Positions 53,926-63,223 of a stretch of DNA of 64,000 bases are shown here, piece by piece. The notes below the pieces were generated by a model. That model worked only from the letters and a program-made list of their open reading frames with translations. It was not told the DNA's origin and searched no databases. Within the stretch, counting starts at the first letter, position 1. Each line of letters starts with the position of its first letter. Made by a program: the position numbers and the translations under genes. The stretch comes from an uncultured Candidatus Saccharibacteria bacterium (lineage in GTDB: Bacteria > Patescibacteriota > Saccharimonadia > Saccharimonadales > JACDBH01): assembly GCA_964431415.1 (NCBI GenBank), contig CAYSJS010000006.1, positions 252 to 64,251 on the forward strand, in the 5' to 3' direction.

Positions 53926-54759
53926 ATGAATCACCTATCACCCCATAAAATAAGACATTTTCAAAAAGAAGTGCTCGCTTTCTACGCCCTTAATCGGCGC
54001 GAGATGCCGTGGCGCACCCCTGAAGCGAACGGAACTTATAATCCCTACAAAATACTTTTGTCCGAAGTTATGCTGCAGCAGACACAAGTGGCGCGCGTAA
54101 CGGCAAAATACGCCGAATTTCTACAAGCTTTTCCAGGTGTTGAGGAGTTAGCCGGCGCAGAGCTTTCGGATGTCTTAAGAATTTGGAGTGGACTTGGCTA
54201 TAACCGCAGAGCAAAGTTTTTATGGCAGGCTGCCCGGCAAATCGTAGACATGTATCACGGCCATATCCCGCTGGATGTTGGCTTGCTGCAGGAGCTGCCG
54301 GGCATTGGTCGCAACACCGCGGCAGCTATATGTGTGTACGCTGCCGAGACGCCCGTGGCGTTTATTGAAACCAACATTCGCACGGTATTTCTGAACGCTT
54401 TTTTTCATGATGAAGAGAAAGTAACCGACGCACAAATATTAGAATTAGTTCAGGAGACTTTGCCCAAAAAAGGAGTGCGTGACTGGTATTATGCATTAAT
54501 GGATCTTGGGGCACATTATAAGGCGACTACGGGCAATCCAAACAAACGATCGACTTCATACGCTAGACAAAAAGCATTTAAAGGTTCGGTACGGCAGATC
54601 CGCGGCATAATACTAAAAACGCTTACTAAGACAGCAGCGTCTTTTGAAGAATTAGAAAATATAGTTAAAGACCAAAGGCTCGAGAATGTGCTAGGCGAAC
54701 TCGTAAAAGAACGGCTTATTCACAGCCGAAAAGCCAAGTATTATCTGGGTGAAAAATAG
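53926..54759 (+). CDS. MutY/EndoIII-like HhH-GPD glycosylase lacking the Fe-S cluster cysteines
   Basis: RREMPWR, NPYKILLSEVMLQQTQVARV, and LPGIGRNTAAAI are present. There is no Cys-x6-Cys-x2-Cys-x5-Cys loop. IETNI sits where MutY has VDGNV. Confidence 0.7.
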   Translation: MNHLSPHKIRHFQKEVLAFYALNRREMPWRTPEANGTYNPYKILLSEVMLQQTQVARVTAKYAEFLQAFPGVEELAGAELSDVLRIWSGLGYNRRAKFLWQAARQIVDMYHGHIPLDVGLLQELPGIGRNTAAAICVYAAETPVAFIETNIRTVFLNAFFHDEEKVTDAQILELVQETLPKKGVRDWYYALMDLGAHYKATTGNPNKRSTSYARQKAFKGSVRQIRGIILKTLTKTAASFEELENIVKDQRLENVLGELVKERLIHSRKAKYYLGEK

Positions 54760-54782
54760 TGCTTATGCTGTACAATATAGTC

Positions 54783-55418
54783 ATGAAGAAAAAACTCTTA
54801 TATATCGCTTTTGTGTTTAGTTTGGTGTTTACGGTTTCGCCTGCCGCCCTTGCGGTAACAGAGGGACGCTCTGGTTGGGTTTCGGCCTCGCGTGCTTCAA
54901 ACGAAACAGCTACCGAAGATAGCGCCGGGCGTTCATCACGCGTAGAAACGTACAAAAAAGAGCTTAAAGAAACACTCAGCAATGCGGCAAAGCTTCGGAT
55001 TGCTGAGCGCTGCGTGGCTTCTCAGGGCCTTGTAAAAGTAAAATCAACCAACAATACAGCTATAACAAAAGAGCGTAATGAAGCCTACGAAAAAATAATT
55101 GCAAATCTAAAAGCGGTCGCTGCCGCGGCACAAAAAAAGAATGTCAACGTAAATACCCTGAATGCTAATGTTCAGGTGCTTGAGACAAAAGTCCTTGCCT
55201 TTCAAACTGCAAATACTACGTACCAACAAGCATTAGGTGACCTTACGGCGGTAGATTGTAAAACTGATCCAACGGCGTTTAAGGCTGCTCTTGAGACTGT
55301 TCGCAAGGATCAGCTTGCGGTGTTTAATGCCGCAAAAGACATTAGGACATACCTGAAAGATACGGTTAAGTCAACGCTTCAAGCCATTAAAGCCCAGTTA
55401 AAAACCCAAGATAATTAG
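54783..55418 (+). CDS. Secreted coiled-coil hypothetical protein
   Basis: Signal peptide MKKKLLYIAFVFSLVFTVSPAALA, followed by a helical, Lys/Ala/Thr-rich sequence. Confidence 0.5.
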   Translation: MKKKLLYIAFVFSLVFTVSPAALAVTEGRSGWVSASRASNETATEDSAGRSSRVETYKKELKETLSNAAKLRIAERCVASQGLVKVKSTNNTAITKERNEAYEKIIANLKAVAAAAQKKNVNVNTLNANVQVLETKVLAFQTANTTYQQALGDLTAVDCKTDPTAFKAALETVRKDQLAVFNAAKDIRTYLKDTVKSTLQAIKAQLKTQDN

Positions 55419-55427
55419 GAAAAGTAT

Positions 55428-55904
55428 ATGGACGACATAACTCCCGCTTCCTCACAAAAAGAAACCACGGATACCTCTGTTTCTTCAGAGCCGGTCATGG
55501 CGCCTACGCCCGAATCGCCGGCTCCCGCTCCTGCGGCAGATGACCAAGCAGTAGAGAAAACAATCGAATCACCGCAAGTGCCAGAAGAACAGGTTGCAGA
55601 TACCGGTCTCCCGCAAGCTGCAGACGCCCAGAAAAAGCATGGAAGCATGCCGCTTGTTATTATTTTAGTTGTGCTAGTGGTGCTTGGTCTTTCTGCTGCG
55701 GCGTACTTGGCATTCGCCAAGAAGGATGACACTACGTCAAAGAACACAAATACGCAGCCTCAGGCAACCCAAACCGCGGCCGAAGCGAGCGCTACGAGCG
55801 ATCCGGATGAAGCAACTAAGGCAATAGACACAGCTCTTTCAAGCACCGACGAAACAAAAGATTATAGCGCAAACGATCTAAGCGACACGACACTCGGCCT
55901 ATAA
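55428..55904 (+). CDS. Single-pass membrane protein, Pro/Ala/Thr-rich
   Basis: One TM helix (LVIILVVLVVLGLSAAAYLAF) with low-complexity flanks. Confidence 0.45.
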   Translation: MDDITPASSQKETTDTSVSSEPVMAPTPESPAPAPAADDQAVEKTIESPQVPEEQVADTGLPQAADAQKKHGSMPLVIILVVLVVLGLSAAAYLAFAKKDDTTSKNTNTQPQATQTAAEASATSDPDEATKAIDTALSSTDETKDYSANDLSDTTLGL

Positions 55905-55993
55905 AAACGTGAACCATCTTTATATGCGGTACACTTCCGCTGCCAGGTAGCATATACTAGTAAGTGCGCTGTTGTTTGTAGCGTCTATTTTTT

Positions 55994-57646
55994 ATGAAAA
56001 GAGAAACCCCGTATAGCAGTAATGAGGATGATTCCTCTGATGACAGTGATATCACAAAAGAATCACGATCTAAAAAGACAACCAAAATTAGTCGCGCCGT
56101 TCCCTTGCCGGTAAGCATAGAAACAGAAGGCGTTACTGCCGCGCCAGAGTCAAAGCCGGTGCTTTCTTTTGGTGAGCGTTTTATGCAGGAACTCCAAAGA
56201 AGAGCGGCGCGCGAGCAAGAAAAGGCTGTGGAAGAGGCTGTAGAAGAAGACGAATCCGACGATGACGAGGATGCAGACGACTCCACGCCCGCGGTTGCTT
56301 CGCCCCACGCGCCCAGCGAAGATGCTGAGCCGGTAACCATGGTTGAACGGAATGATGTCAGGGGAGTGCCAGAGGCGCCACGCCCGGATACGCTTGAGGC
56401 GGCTGACTGGGAAGCGGAGCCGGAAGCTGCTCCTGCAGACTCTGAAGAGCGCGACCCCGACTATGCCGACGTGCCGCTTGGTTCGCCCGACGCTGTGGAA
56501 GAGGCTGTAGAAGAAATAGCGCCAGACTTGCTCGAGACGGGACTTGGCTCAGAAGGCCCGCCAGAACCGCCTAGTATTGCGGAAGATGAACCGACCTATC
56601 CAGAATTTGGTCCGGAAAGAAGAGATACCATGGTGCCGGTACACGAAAGTCCTTGGTATAGTCCGGCTGACCGCGAACCAGCGAGAGCAGCTGGTCAGCA
56701 TGAAGATGCGCTGTATCACGCCGAAAAGCGTGGCTTGCGCCGCGGGCTTGGTGCAGGGCTGCTTTTTGGCTGGATGTTCGGCAGAAGAGGCAAAAAACAA
56801 GCCGCCGAGCAGCATAAGCGCGAAATAGACTCAAAAAATAAAGAGTTGACGGCGCTTAAGCAAGAGCAAGTCCTCGCTCAGCAGCGTTTAGAAGCCATAC
56901 AGCGCACCCAAGAAAGCTTAAGGGCAAACATAACAGAAAAGCCTCCGGTTGCGCCCCAAGCCGGCAAAAAGACGGCAGAATCGGTTCGCTTAGGTCCTGA
57001 GGCAACCGTGTCACCAGCTGACTCAGCCGTTAACCAAGAGGTGAATCATAAACCACGCCTTAAAGTAGCGGAAATTGTTGCCATGACTGCGGCCGAGGTA
57101 GTTGCCGTTACCGAAGGGGCTCACCAAAAAGTCGAAGCTCCGGCTGCCGCTTCAGCCGTCGAAAAACAAAAAGTCACTGCCGAAAAACTTCCGTTGCCAC
57201 CCGAGGAACAGGAAATTACCGAAGACACTTACACGGTATCAAAAGATAGAAAGGTTGAGTCAAGCGCCTGGCATCGTATTGAAGTAGACGCTAAAACCGG
57301 TCGGCCGATACTGGATCCTGAGGTAGCTTATGGCGAAGAGTTTAAGCGAGAACAACGTCAAGAAGTCTGGAAAGATAGGCCGGGTGACACCGATACAAAG
57401 ACATCTGCCGGGATACTAGGTAGTTTGGCGGCAGGTGCTCTGGCGAGTGGGAGCTCTGGCACCCCGGGCGAAAACAGCGTGGAATCCGACAAAAATGATC
57501 AAGCTCTTACTGTTCCGTATCCTGAAGAAATAAAGAACACCATCCATGCCGATAACCGACTGGTTAAATATGCCAGCTCACCGCTGCTGTGGGCTCTGGC
57601 CGCCGGAGTGGTGTTACTATTATTTATTTTTGGTCTTGCGCGTTAG
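55994..57646 (+). CDS. Highly acidic low-complexity protein with internal and C-terminal hydrophobic segments
   Basis: 550 aa with Asp/Glu/Ala/Pro-rich stretches and C-terminal LLWALAAGVVLLLFIFGLA. Confidence 0.5.
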   Translation: MKRETPYSSNEDDSSDDSDITKESRSKKTTKISRAVPLPVSIETEGVTAAPESKPVLSFGERFMQELQRRAAREQEKAVEEAVEEDESDDDEDADDSTPAVASPHAPSEDAEPVTMVERNDVRGVPEAPRPDTLEAADWEAEPEAAPADSEERDPDYADVPLGSPDAVEEAVEEIAPDLLETGLGSEGPPEPPSIAEDEPTYPEFGPERRDTMVPVHESPWYSPADREPARAAGQHEDALYHAEKRGLRRGLGAGLLFGWMFGRRGKKQAAEQHKREIDSKNKELTALKQEQVLAQQRLEAIQRTQESLRANITEKPPVAPQAGKKTAESVRLGPEATVSPADSAVNQEVNHKPRLKVAEIVAMTAAEVVAVTEGAHQKVEAPAAASAVEKQKVTAEKLPLPPEEQEITEDTYTVSKDRKVESSAWHRIEVDAKTGRPILDPEVAYGEEFKREQRQEVWKDRPGDTDTKTSAGILGSLAAGALASGSSGTPGENSVESDKNDQALTVPYPEEIKNTIHADNRLVKYASSPLLWALAAGVVLLLFIFGLAR

Positions 57647-57672
57647 TTTAAAGAAGGAGGTTAAGAGGGTTT

Positions 57673-58017
57673 ATGGATTTTAATACATACCAAAAGCACG
57701 CGATCAGTACGGATCTAATGGGAGGTGTGCCGCAGCCGGTTGATTCGCGGGCATTTATGGCCCAGTTGCTCGGGTTGCTTGGCGAAACTGGCGAAGTGGC
57801 CGAAAAGTTCAAAAAGATCCTGCGCGACAAAAATGGTGAAATGTCTCCGGAAGACGAAAAAGAAATGTCCAAAGAACTTGGCGATATTCTTTGGTATGTA
57901 AGTGTCGTTTGTTCGTATCTTGGTATTTCTTTGCAAGATGTGGCCGAAGCAAATATAGAAAAACTCCAGAGCCGACAAAAAAGAGGTATGTTAAGCGGAA
58001 GCGGCGACAACCGATGA
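57673..58017 (+). CDS. MazG-like nucleotide pyrophosphohydrolase
   Basis: LLGLLGETGEVAEKFKK and ELGDILWYV are typical of the all-alpha NTP-PPase (MazG) domain. Confidence 0.75.
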   Translation: MDFNTYQKHAISTDLMGGVPQPVDSRAFMAQLLGLLGETGEVAEKFKKILRDKNGEMSPEDEKEMSKELGDILWYVSVVCSYLGISLQDVAEANIEKLQSRQKRGMLSGSGDNR

Positions 58018-58448
58018 CGCCAAATTATCCTGCCTGTTACCTGCTCATAAAAAAGGATGACTGCCTACTTTTTGTTCTTAGAGAAAATACGGGCTACATG
58101 GATGGGATGTACAGTTTACCCGCAGGCAGGGTAGAAGAGGGCGAAACATTTCTGAACGGTGCGGTACGTGAAGCAAAAGAAGAGGCTGGATTAGTTGTTA
58201 AGCCGACAGATCTGCAGCACGTTCATACACAGCATCGTTTCTCAGAACTGAGCGAAAAACAACAGTGGGTCGACGTATTTTTTGAAGCTTCGGTATGGAG
58301 TGGAGAACCGGTTAATAATGAGCCCGATAAACATGCCCGGATAGAGTGGCTGCCCATTAGTTCTTTGCCGGACAATATTATGGATTATCAGAAAAATGCG
58401 CTCCAGTCCATTTTTGCCGGGCGTATCTATGGCGAATTTGGTTTTTGA
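58014..58448 (+). CDS. NUDIX hydrolase
   Basis: Nudix box LPAGRVEEGETFLNGAVREAKEEAGL. ATG at 58014 overlaps the MazG-like stop (ATGA). Confidence 0.8.
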   Translation: MTPNYPACYLLIKKDDCLLFVLRENTGYMDGMYSLPAGRVEEGETFLNGAVREAKEEAGLVVKPTDLQHVHTQHRFSELSEKQQWVDVFFEASVWSGEPVNNEPDKHARIEWLPISSLPDNIMDYQKNALQSIFAGRIYGEFGF

Positions 58449-58454
58449 TCTGTC

Positions 58455-59753
58455 CTAGGCAAACTCAGCACGCAGCCATTCGTCTAAGCTGTGACCGCCG
58501 CCACCGCTAAAAGCCACAACCATATCGTTCTGAGCCAGGTGGGACGCAATAATCTGTTTAAGTTCGTCGTTCAGTTCCATCGGCTTTGTTTTTTGCTGGA
58601 CCTCTGGGTCGAGCGACTGTATAAGCTCGGATGGAGTAAGGATATGCTGTGCGGGATCTTCACGGGCCAGATAACTTGGTACCCAGTACAGCGCAGATAC
58701 GGGCTTAAATATATCTCGGTGTTGGTCGCGCATGTAGTGCATGCGGCGGTTTGTCAGCGGCTCATAAATAGCAACAAGTTTTTGGTTTTTTGATTTGGCT
58801 ATGTCGAGTGCAACTCCAAGTGCTCCGACGATTTTTTCTGGCGTGTGGGCGTAGTCGCTATAGAGGTTTTCTCTCAGCCGTTCCATCCGCCTGCTAAGTC
58901 CAGGAAACTCGTTCATGAGCGCAAATAATCTTTCTAATGGCTCGCCGCTCAAGTAGTGCACGGCAGAAATTACCTGCCAGGCATTTTGGCGATTTACAAG
59001 TCCGTTCAGCAGGATCTTGTCGAGCTCTTCGGCATGATCCTCAAGTATGGTGTGGGTGCTGTCGTTATGATACTGCAGCCGCTCTGCTTCAAAACGCCAC
59101 AAGAAAGTACGACCGCTTTGTGCAATAAAATCTTTAAAAGCTTGCTGATAATTTTCCTCGGTCGGGAAAATCTCGTGATGGTCCCAGGTAATGCCGGTGA
59201 TGAGGCTGGTATGCGGGTGAAAGGCGAGAAAGTTTCTGTCAAACTCATCGCATTCGTATACAAAATATTCGCTCGCGGGGTCAAAGTGTCCCATTTCGCC
59301 AAAGCTTATTTTTGCACCCACAGAATAGCTAAGGGGTATGCCGAGCTGCTGCATGAGCCATATTGTCATGGCGGTCGTGGTGCTTTTGCCATGCGTGCCG
59401 GCGACGGCGATAAGCTTTAAGGACTTTTCTTCCAGTAGATGGTTTAAAAATTCATCTCGTTTTGTGGTTTTGATATGGTTAGCTTTGGTAAAAAGCAGTT
59501 CAGGGTGTTCTGGGTTTTCTTTGAGCACGGCAGAGGAGTAAACGTACCAGTCTATGGGGTTCTTTTGGTGAACCTCGGCTAGTGCAGATTCTGTTTGCCC
59601 GATATGTATGTTGGTGACGCCATGTTTGCGAAGGTAGTCTATATACTGGCTCTCCTGCTTATCTGAGCCGCTGACTTGGTAGCCTGCTTGATGAGCTATA
59701 AGAGCCAGAGGCCCTATGCCCGTACCCCCGACACCCGAAAAGAATATATGCAT
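58455..59753 (-). CDS. murC: Mur ligase family protein, MurC-like (UDP-N-acetylmuramate--L-alanine ligase)
   Basis: IFFSGVGGTGIGPLALIAHQAGYQVSGSD, AVAGTHGKSTTT, YECDEFDRNF, and ITWDHHEIF follow the MurC/Mpl pattern. MurC and Mpl cannot be told apart by eye. Confidence 0.65.
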   Translation of the reverse strand: MHIFFSGVGGTGIGPLALIAHQAGYQVSGSDKQESQYIDYLRKHGVTNIHIGQTESALAEVHQKNPIDWYVYSSAVLKENPEHPELLFTKANHIKTTKRDEFLNHLLEEKSLKLIAVAGTHGKSTTTAMTIWLMQQLGIPLSYSVGAKISFGEMGHFDPASEYFVYECDEFDRNFLAFHPHTSLITGITWDHHEIFPTEENYQQAFKDFIAQSGRTFLWRFEAERLQYHNDSTHTILEDHAEELDKILLNGLVNRQNAWQVISAVHYLSGEPLERLFALMNEFPGLSRRMERLRENLYSDYAHTPEKIVGALGVALDIAKSKNQKLVAIYEPLTNRRMHYMRDQHRDIFKPVSALYWVPSYLAREDPAQHILTPSELIQSLDPEVQQKTKPMELNDELKQIIASHLAQNDMVVAFSGGGGHSLDEWLRAEFA

Positions 59754-59799
59754 ACTGTGTAGTATAGCGATAACACTTTAGATGCGCCAGATGCGCCGA

Positions 59800-60414
59800 C
59801 TAGCTTCGGCTTTCTAGTTCGTGTTTGATAAAAGCCTCACTGATATAGCGCAGAACAAAGAGCAGCAAGAACAAGATCATGAGGGCTATCGACCAGCCGG
59901 CAAGGTCTGGTGTCCAAAAAGGCGAAGCAAAATCAAATTTGTATAGATCATCAGGGATGGTCTGTAAAGTTACGGGGTGCTGGTTAGCATAGTCACGAGC
60001 ACAGTTTAGACGGTCCTGGCTAAAGGTTACGTTAGGGTACTTCGCTACGCAGTAAGCTTCTGCATCGCGTACTACCTTGGCGTTTGCCGCGTCATACTCG
60101 GTCTTTGCAGCAGCCACCAGACGGTCGTAGCGATATTTGAGTTGAATGGGCGGTTTGACCGCATTGGTGCCACTGCTCAGGTTTGTATTCATGTGCGAAA
60201 ATACAAACGCTCTAAGTTCTCGCAGCGCACTCTCCACATCACCATTCTGTTCGTCAGCTTTAAAAACGGCAGACCGAAGCTCGACCATTCGTAAGTTGTT
60301 GGAGCGGAGACCATATACAGCCAGGCCGGCACAAACTACACACGCAATAAGCAGCCATGCGTAGCGTATCTTACGAAGCAGTTTAAGGGCGTGGTGAAGG
60401 GCTTTTTTATGCAT
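59800..60414 (-). CDS. Hypothetical two-TM membrane protein
   Basis: TM helices near both termini. No motif recognised. Confidence 0.45.
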   Translation of the reverse strand: MHKKALHHALKLLRKIRYAWLLIACVVCAGLAVYGLRSNNLRMVELRSAVFKADEQNGDVESALRELRAFVFSHMNTNLSSGTNAVKPPIQLKYRYDRLVAAAKTEYDAANAKVVRDAEAYCVAKYPNVTFSQDRLNCARDYANQHPVTLQTIPDDLYKFDFASPFWTPDLAGWSIALMILFLLLFVLRYISEAFIKHELESRS

Positions 60415-60484
60415 AGTGGAGCTTTTTACGGGGGATGCTGCTTATGATTATATAGGTTTCTGATCTAATTTATAGAGAATTTTA

Positions 60485-60525
60485 AAAGCCCCCTAGCGTT
60501 TTTTAGATAACGAAAGGGGGCTTTT
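60485..60525 (-). terminator. Terminator hairpin after the 60541-61146 gene
   Basis: AAAGCCCCCT...AGGGGGCTTT, a 10-bp stem flanked by A/T runs. Confidence 0.55.
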
Positions 60526-60540
60526 ATTCTTTACCAGTGT

Positions 60541-61146
60541 TTACTTCTTGGTGGAAGGTGTTGTGCTGGTGTTCGAGGTGTTGTTGGTTGCAGTAGTGTC
60601 AGTACACTTCTGGCCTTCTGGGTTGGCTTCAACAAACTTCTTAACTGCGGTTACTACTTGTCCGTCGTCCTTCAGGTTTTCCCAGAAAAGAACTTGCTCG
60701 CGGTTGATAACCATGGCGTCGGTTGGTCCGTGAAGTTCACAACCAAGCTTTGCAAGGCTTACGTCTTGTGCGGCAGTGCTTGAGCTAGACTGGTTTGGTT
60801 GTACTTGCTGGTTGACGCGTAGGTAGTAGATGTTATCTAGCGTAACGTACTTGGTGTTAAGTGTGCGGATCTTTCCGAAGTAAACCTGGCCGCCATTCAA
60901 GAAGACTGCCTGGTACTTGTTTTTGTCAACATACTTTTGTTCGCCTGACGTGTCGCCAGTTGCAAGATAGAGTGCAACGAGACCAACGATCAAAGCGCTT
61001 AATACAAGCAGTACGACCGATAGGATGCGCATGCCGCGTCCGCTTACCCGTCGCTTCTTAGCTGCTACTGTTTGTTTGTTTTGTGCCGGCGCGGCGCCTT
61101 GAGATGGAGCTGCCTGGTGCGGGCTAGAATTATTCACAAAGTCCAT
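60541..61146 (-). CDS. Single-pass membrane protein (Gln/Ala-rich N-terminus, extracytoplasmic domain, Thr-rich tail)
   Basis: Start trimmed to MDFVNNSS (ATG at 61146). TM helix ILSVVLLVLSALIVGLVALYLA. Confidence 0.5.
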   Translation of the reverse strand: MDFVNNSSPHQAAPSQGAAPAQNKQTVAAKKRRVSGRGMRILSVVLLVLSALIVGLVALYLATGDTSGEQKYVDKNKYQAVFLNGGQVYFGKIRTLNTKYVTLDNIYYLRVNQQVQPNQSSSSTAAQDVSLAKLGCELHGPTDAMVINREQVLFWENLKDDGQVVTAVKKFVEANPEGQKCTDTTATNNTSNTSTTPSTKK

Positions 61147-61390
61147 GTTTGACCTTTCAACTTCCCTTTTAACCTTACTAGTATTACTGAATAAGTGTAA
61201 TGCATAAGCGCTATGGCTGGCAAGTATTTTACACAGAAAGGCCAAAAGTAGTGGATAATTTTTTTACTACACTTTTATATCTGTTAAATTGTTCGTACGG
61301 GGGTCAATCTTGTAAACGACCATTGACAAATAAAAAGCTAACAGCGTATGTTAGGGGTACTATCAGTAATTTAAGAGAGGGAAATTAAAA

Positions 61391-61588
61391 ATGGCATACA
61401 AGCACACAAACTCAAAAGGGGTAACATACTACCTGAACTCAAAGAAGGTTACACTTCGCGGCGGCAAAGAACAGACTATCTACTACTTCAGCAAAGACGA
61501 GCGCCCAGAAGCAGTTGATGCAGTACCAGCCGGCATGGTAGTTAACGAAAACCCACGCAACGGTTTCTTGACTGTAAAGCGCGCCTAA
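61391..61588 (+). CDS. Small basic hypothetical protein (65 aa)
   Basis: GAGGG Shine-Dalgarno 8 nt upstream and a strong terminator downstream. Confidence 0.5.
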   Translation: MAYKHTNSKGVTYYLNSKKVTLRGGKEQTIYYFSKDERPEAVDAVPAGMVVNENPRNGFLTVKRA

Positions 61589-61609
61589 ATTTCTATTTGT
61601 TCAATAACA

Positions 61610-61640
61610 AAGAGGTCCTTCCGATCGCGAAGGACCTCTT
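61610..61640. terminator. Bidirectional rho-independent terminator between convergent genes
   Basis: AAGAGGTCCTTC-CGATCGC-GAAGGACCTCTT, flanked by A-rich sequence on the 5' side and TTATTTTT on the 3' side. Confidence 0.8.
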
Positions 61641-61646
61641 TTATTT

Positions 61647-63167
61647 TTACTTTAACTTTTTTGGCAGCTTTTTAAGCGGGCCAGGCGTAGTGTCTTTTAT
61701 AATGCGCTTTACTGCTAACTCGGCGCTAATTAGTGCCATTGGCAGCCCAATACCTGGATTGGTGTCGGCGCCGACGTAAAGCAGGTTCTTCACCTTTTTG
61801 CTGGTGTTGTTCGGTCGCCAGAGGGCGCTTTGCCGTAGAGTATGGGCGAGCCCAAGAGCAGTGCCTTGAAAACTGTTGTAGGTAGATTCGAAATCTTTTA
61901 CACAAAAACTTCTTTTTACGACCAGTTTTTCCCGCAGAGCGGGCACGCTCATGGACGTTTCGATGGTTTCAAGTATGTGATCAATATATTTGTCGAGTTC
62001 GCTCTGAGTGTATTTTAAGCCGGCCGCAATTGGCACTAAAACAAACAGGTTTTCACAGTCCTTAGGGGCGACACTTTTATCTGAAGCGCTCGGTTTGCAC
62101 ACATAGAGAGAGGGCTTGTCGGGCCACTCTGGAGAGTCAAATATTTGGGCAAAATTCTTCTTCCAGTCACTGCTGAATAGAAGGTTGTGATGCGTTAAGG
62201 CAGGGAGCTTTCCTTGGACGCCCAAGTATAAAAGAAGCGCAGAGGGAGCCAGTGTACGTTTTTTCCAGTAACGTTCTGAGTGGTCACGGCTTTTCTCTGG
62301 CAGCAGAACCGTTTCCGTAAAATGACGGTCGGTATTAGAGATCACCAAATCGGCTTCTATAATCTCTCCTGACTCTAGTTCAACCCCGCTCGCTCTCTTT
62401 TTAGTGACCATAATCCGCTTTACTGCGGTATCGGTATGTAAGTCAACGCCGTGTTTGGTGGCGAGCGTAACCATTGCCTCGGTAACGCTGTATATTCCTC
62501 CATCGGGATAAAAAACTCCTTGGTTAAAATCCACATGACTCATAAGCGAATACAGAGCTGGGGCGTTAAATGGTGATGCGCCTAAAAATACCAAAGGATA
62601 TTCCATTATTTTCTGTAACTTCTCTTGCGTAAAGAATCTGCGTACATAGGGGTGCATTTTTTCAAAAAGCTGGAGTTTAGGTGCTTCTCGCAGCACTTCT
62701 GGAGTGAGAAAATCCGTCAGCTTGTCGTAGTTTTTGTACAAGAAGCGCTGCATAGAGACGTTGTATTTATACTTAGCGTCTTTTAGATACGCCTGCAGCT
62801 GGGTACTGGCACCGGCTTCAAGCGCTTCAAAGGCTGCTTTGTCGCTTTTTAGGTCAGAATGAATGTCGATAGCATCGCTGTCTTGGTAGAATACTCGGTA
62901 TGCTGGGTCGAGCCGCTTAAGCGTGTAGTAATCCTCGGGCTTTTCTTTAAGTAGCTTAAAGTAGTGTTTAAAAACTTCGGGCATTAAGTACCAGCTAGGA
63001 CCGGTATCAAATCGAAAGCCACCGACCTCAAGCATGCCTGCTTTGCCGCCGAGTGACTGGTTTTTTTCGTACAGGCTTACCGTATGGCCGCTCGCAGCAA
63101 GCAAAGTCGCGCTTGCCAAGCCGCCGTAACCGCCGCCAATAACTATGATACGCATGGAAGACCTCAT
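61647..63167 (-). CDS. Phytoene-desaturase-family FAD-dependent oxidoreductase (CrtI-like)
   Basis: IIVIGGGYGGLASATLLAASGHTVSLYEKNQSLGGKAG dinucleotide-binding motif and C-terminal LYVGADTNPGIGLP. The real start is probably the second Met (63155). Confidence 0.8.
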   Translation of the reverse strand: MRSSMRIIVIGGGYGGLASATLLAASGHTVSLYEKNQSLGGKAGMLEVGGFRFDTGPSWYLMPEVFKHYFKLLKEKPEDYYTLKRLDPAYRVFYQDSDAIDIHSDLKSDKAAFEALEAGASTQLQAYLKDAKYKYNVSMQRFLYKNYDKLTDFLTPEVLREAPKLQLFEKMHPYVRRFFTQEKLQKIMEYPLVFLGASPFNAPALYSLMSHVDFNQGVFYPDGGIYSVTEAMVTLATKHGVDLHTDTAVKRIMVTKKRASGVELESGEIIEADLVISNTDRHFTETVLLPEKSRDHSERYWKKRTLAPSALLLYLGVQGKLPALTHHNLLFSSDWKKNFAQIFDSPEWPDKPSLYVCKPSASDKSVAPKDCENLFVLVPIAAGLKYTQSELDKYIDHILETIETSMSVPALREKLVVKRSFCVKDFESTYNSFQGTALGLAHTLRQSALWRPNNTSKKVKNLLYVGADTNPGIGLPMALISAELAVKRIIKDTTPGPLKKLPKKLK

Positions 63168-63223
63168 TGTAGCGTAACCTCAAGAAATGTATACTGATGT
63201 TAATTAACAGGTTAAGCATTACT

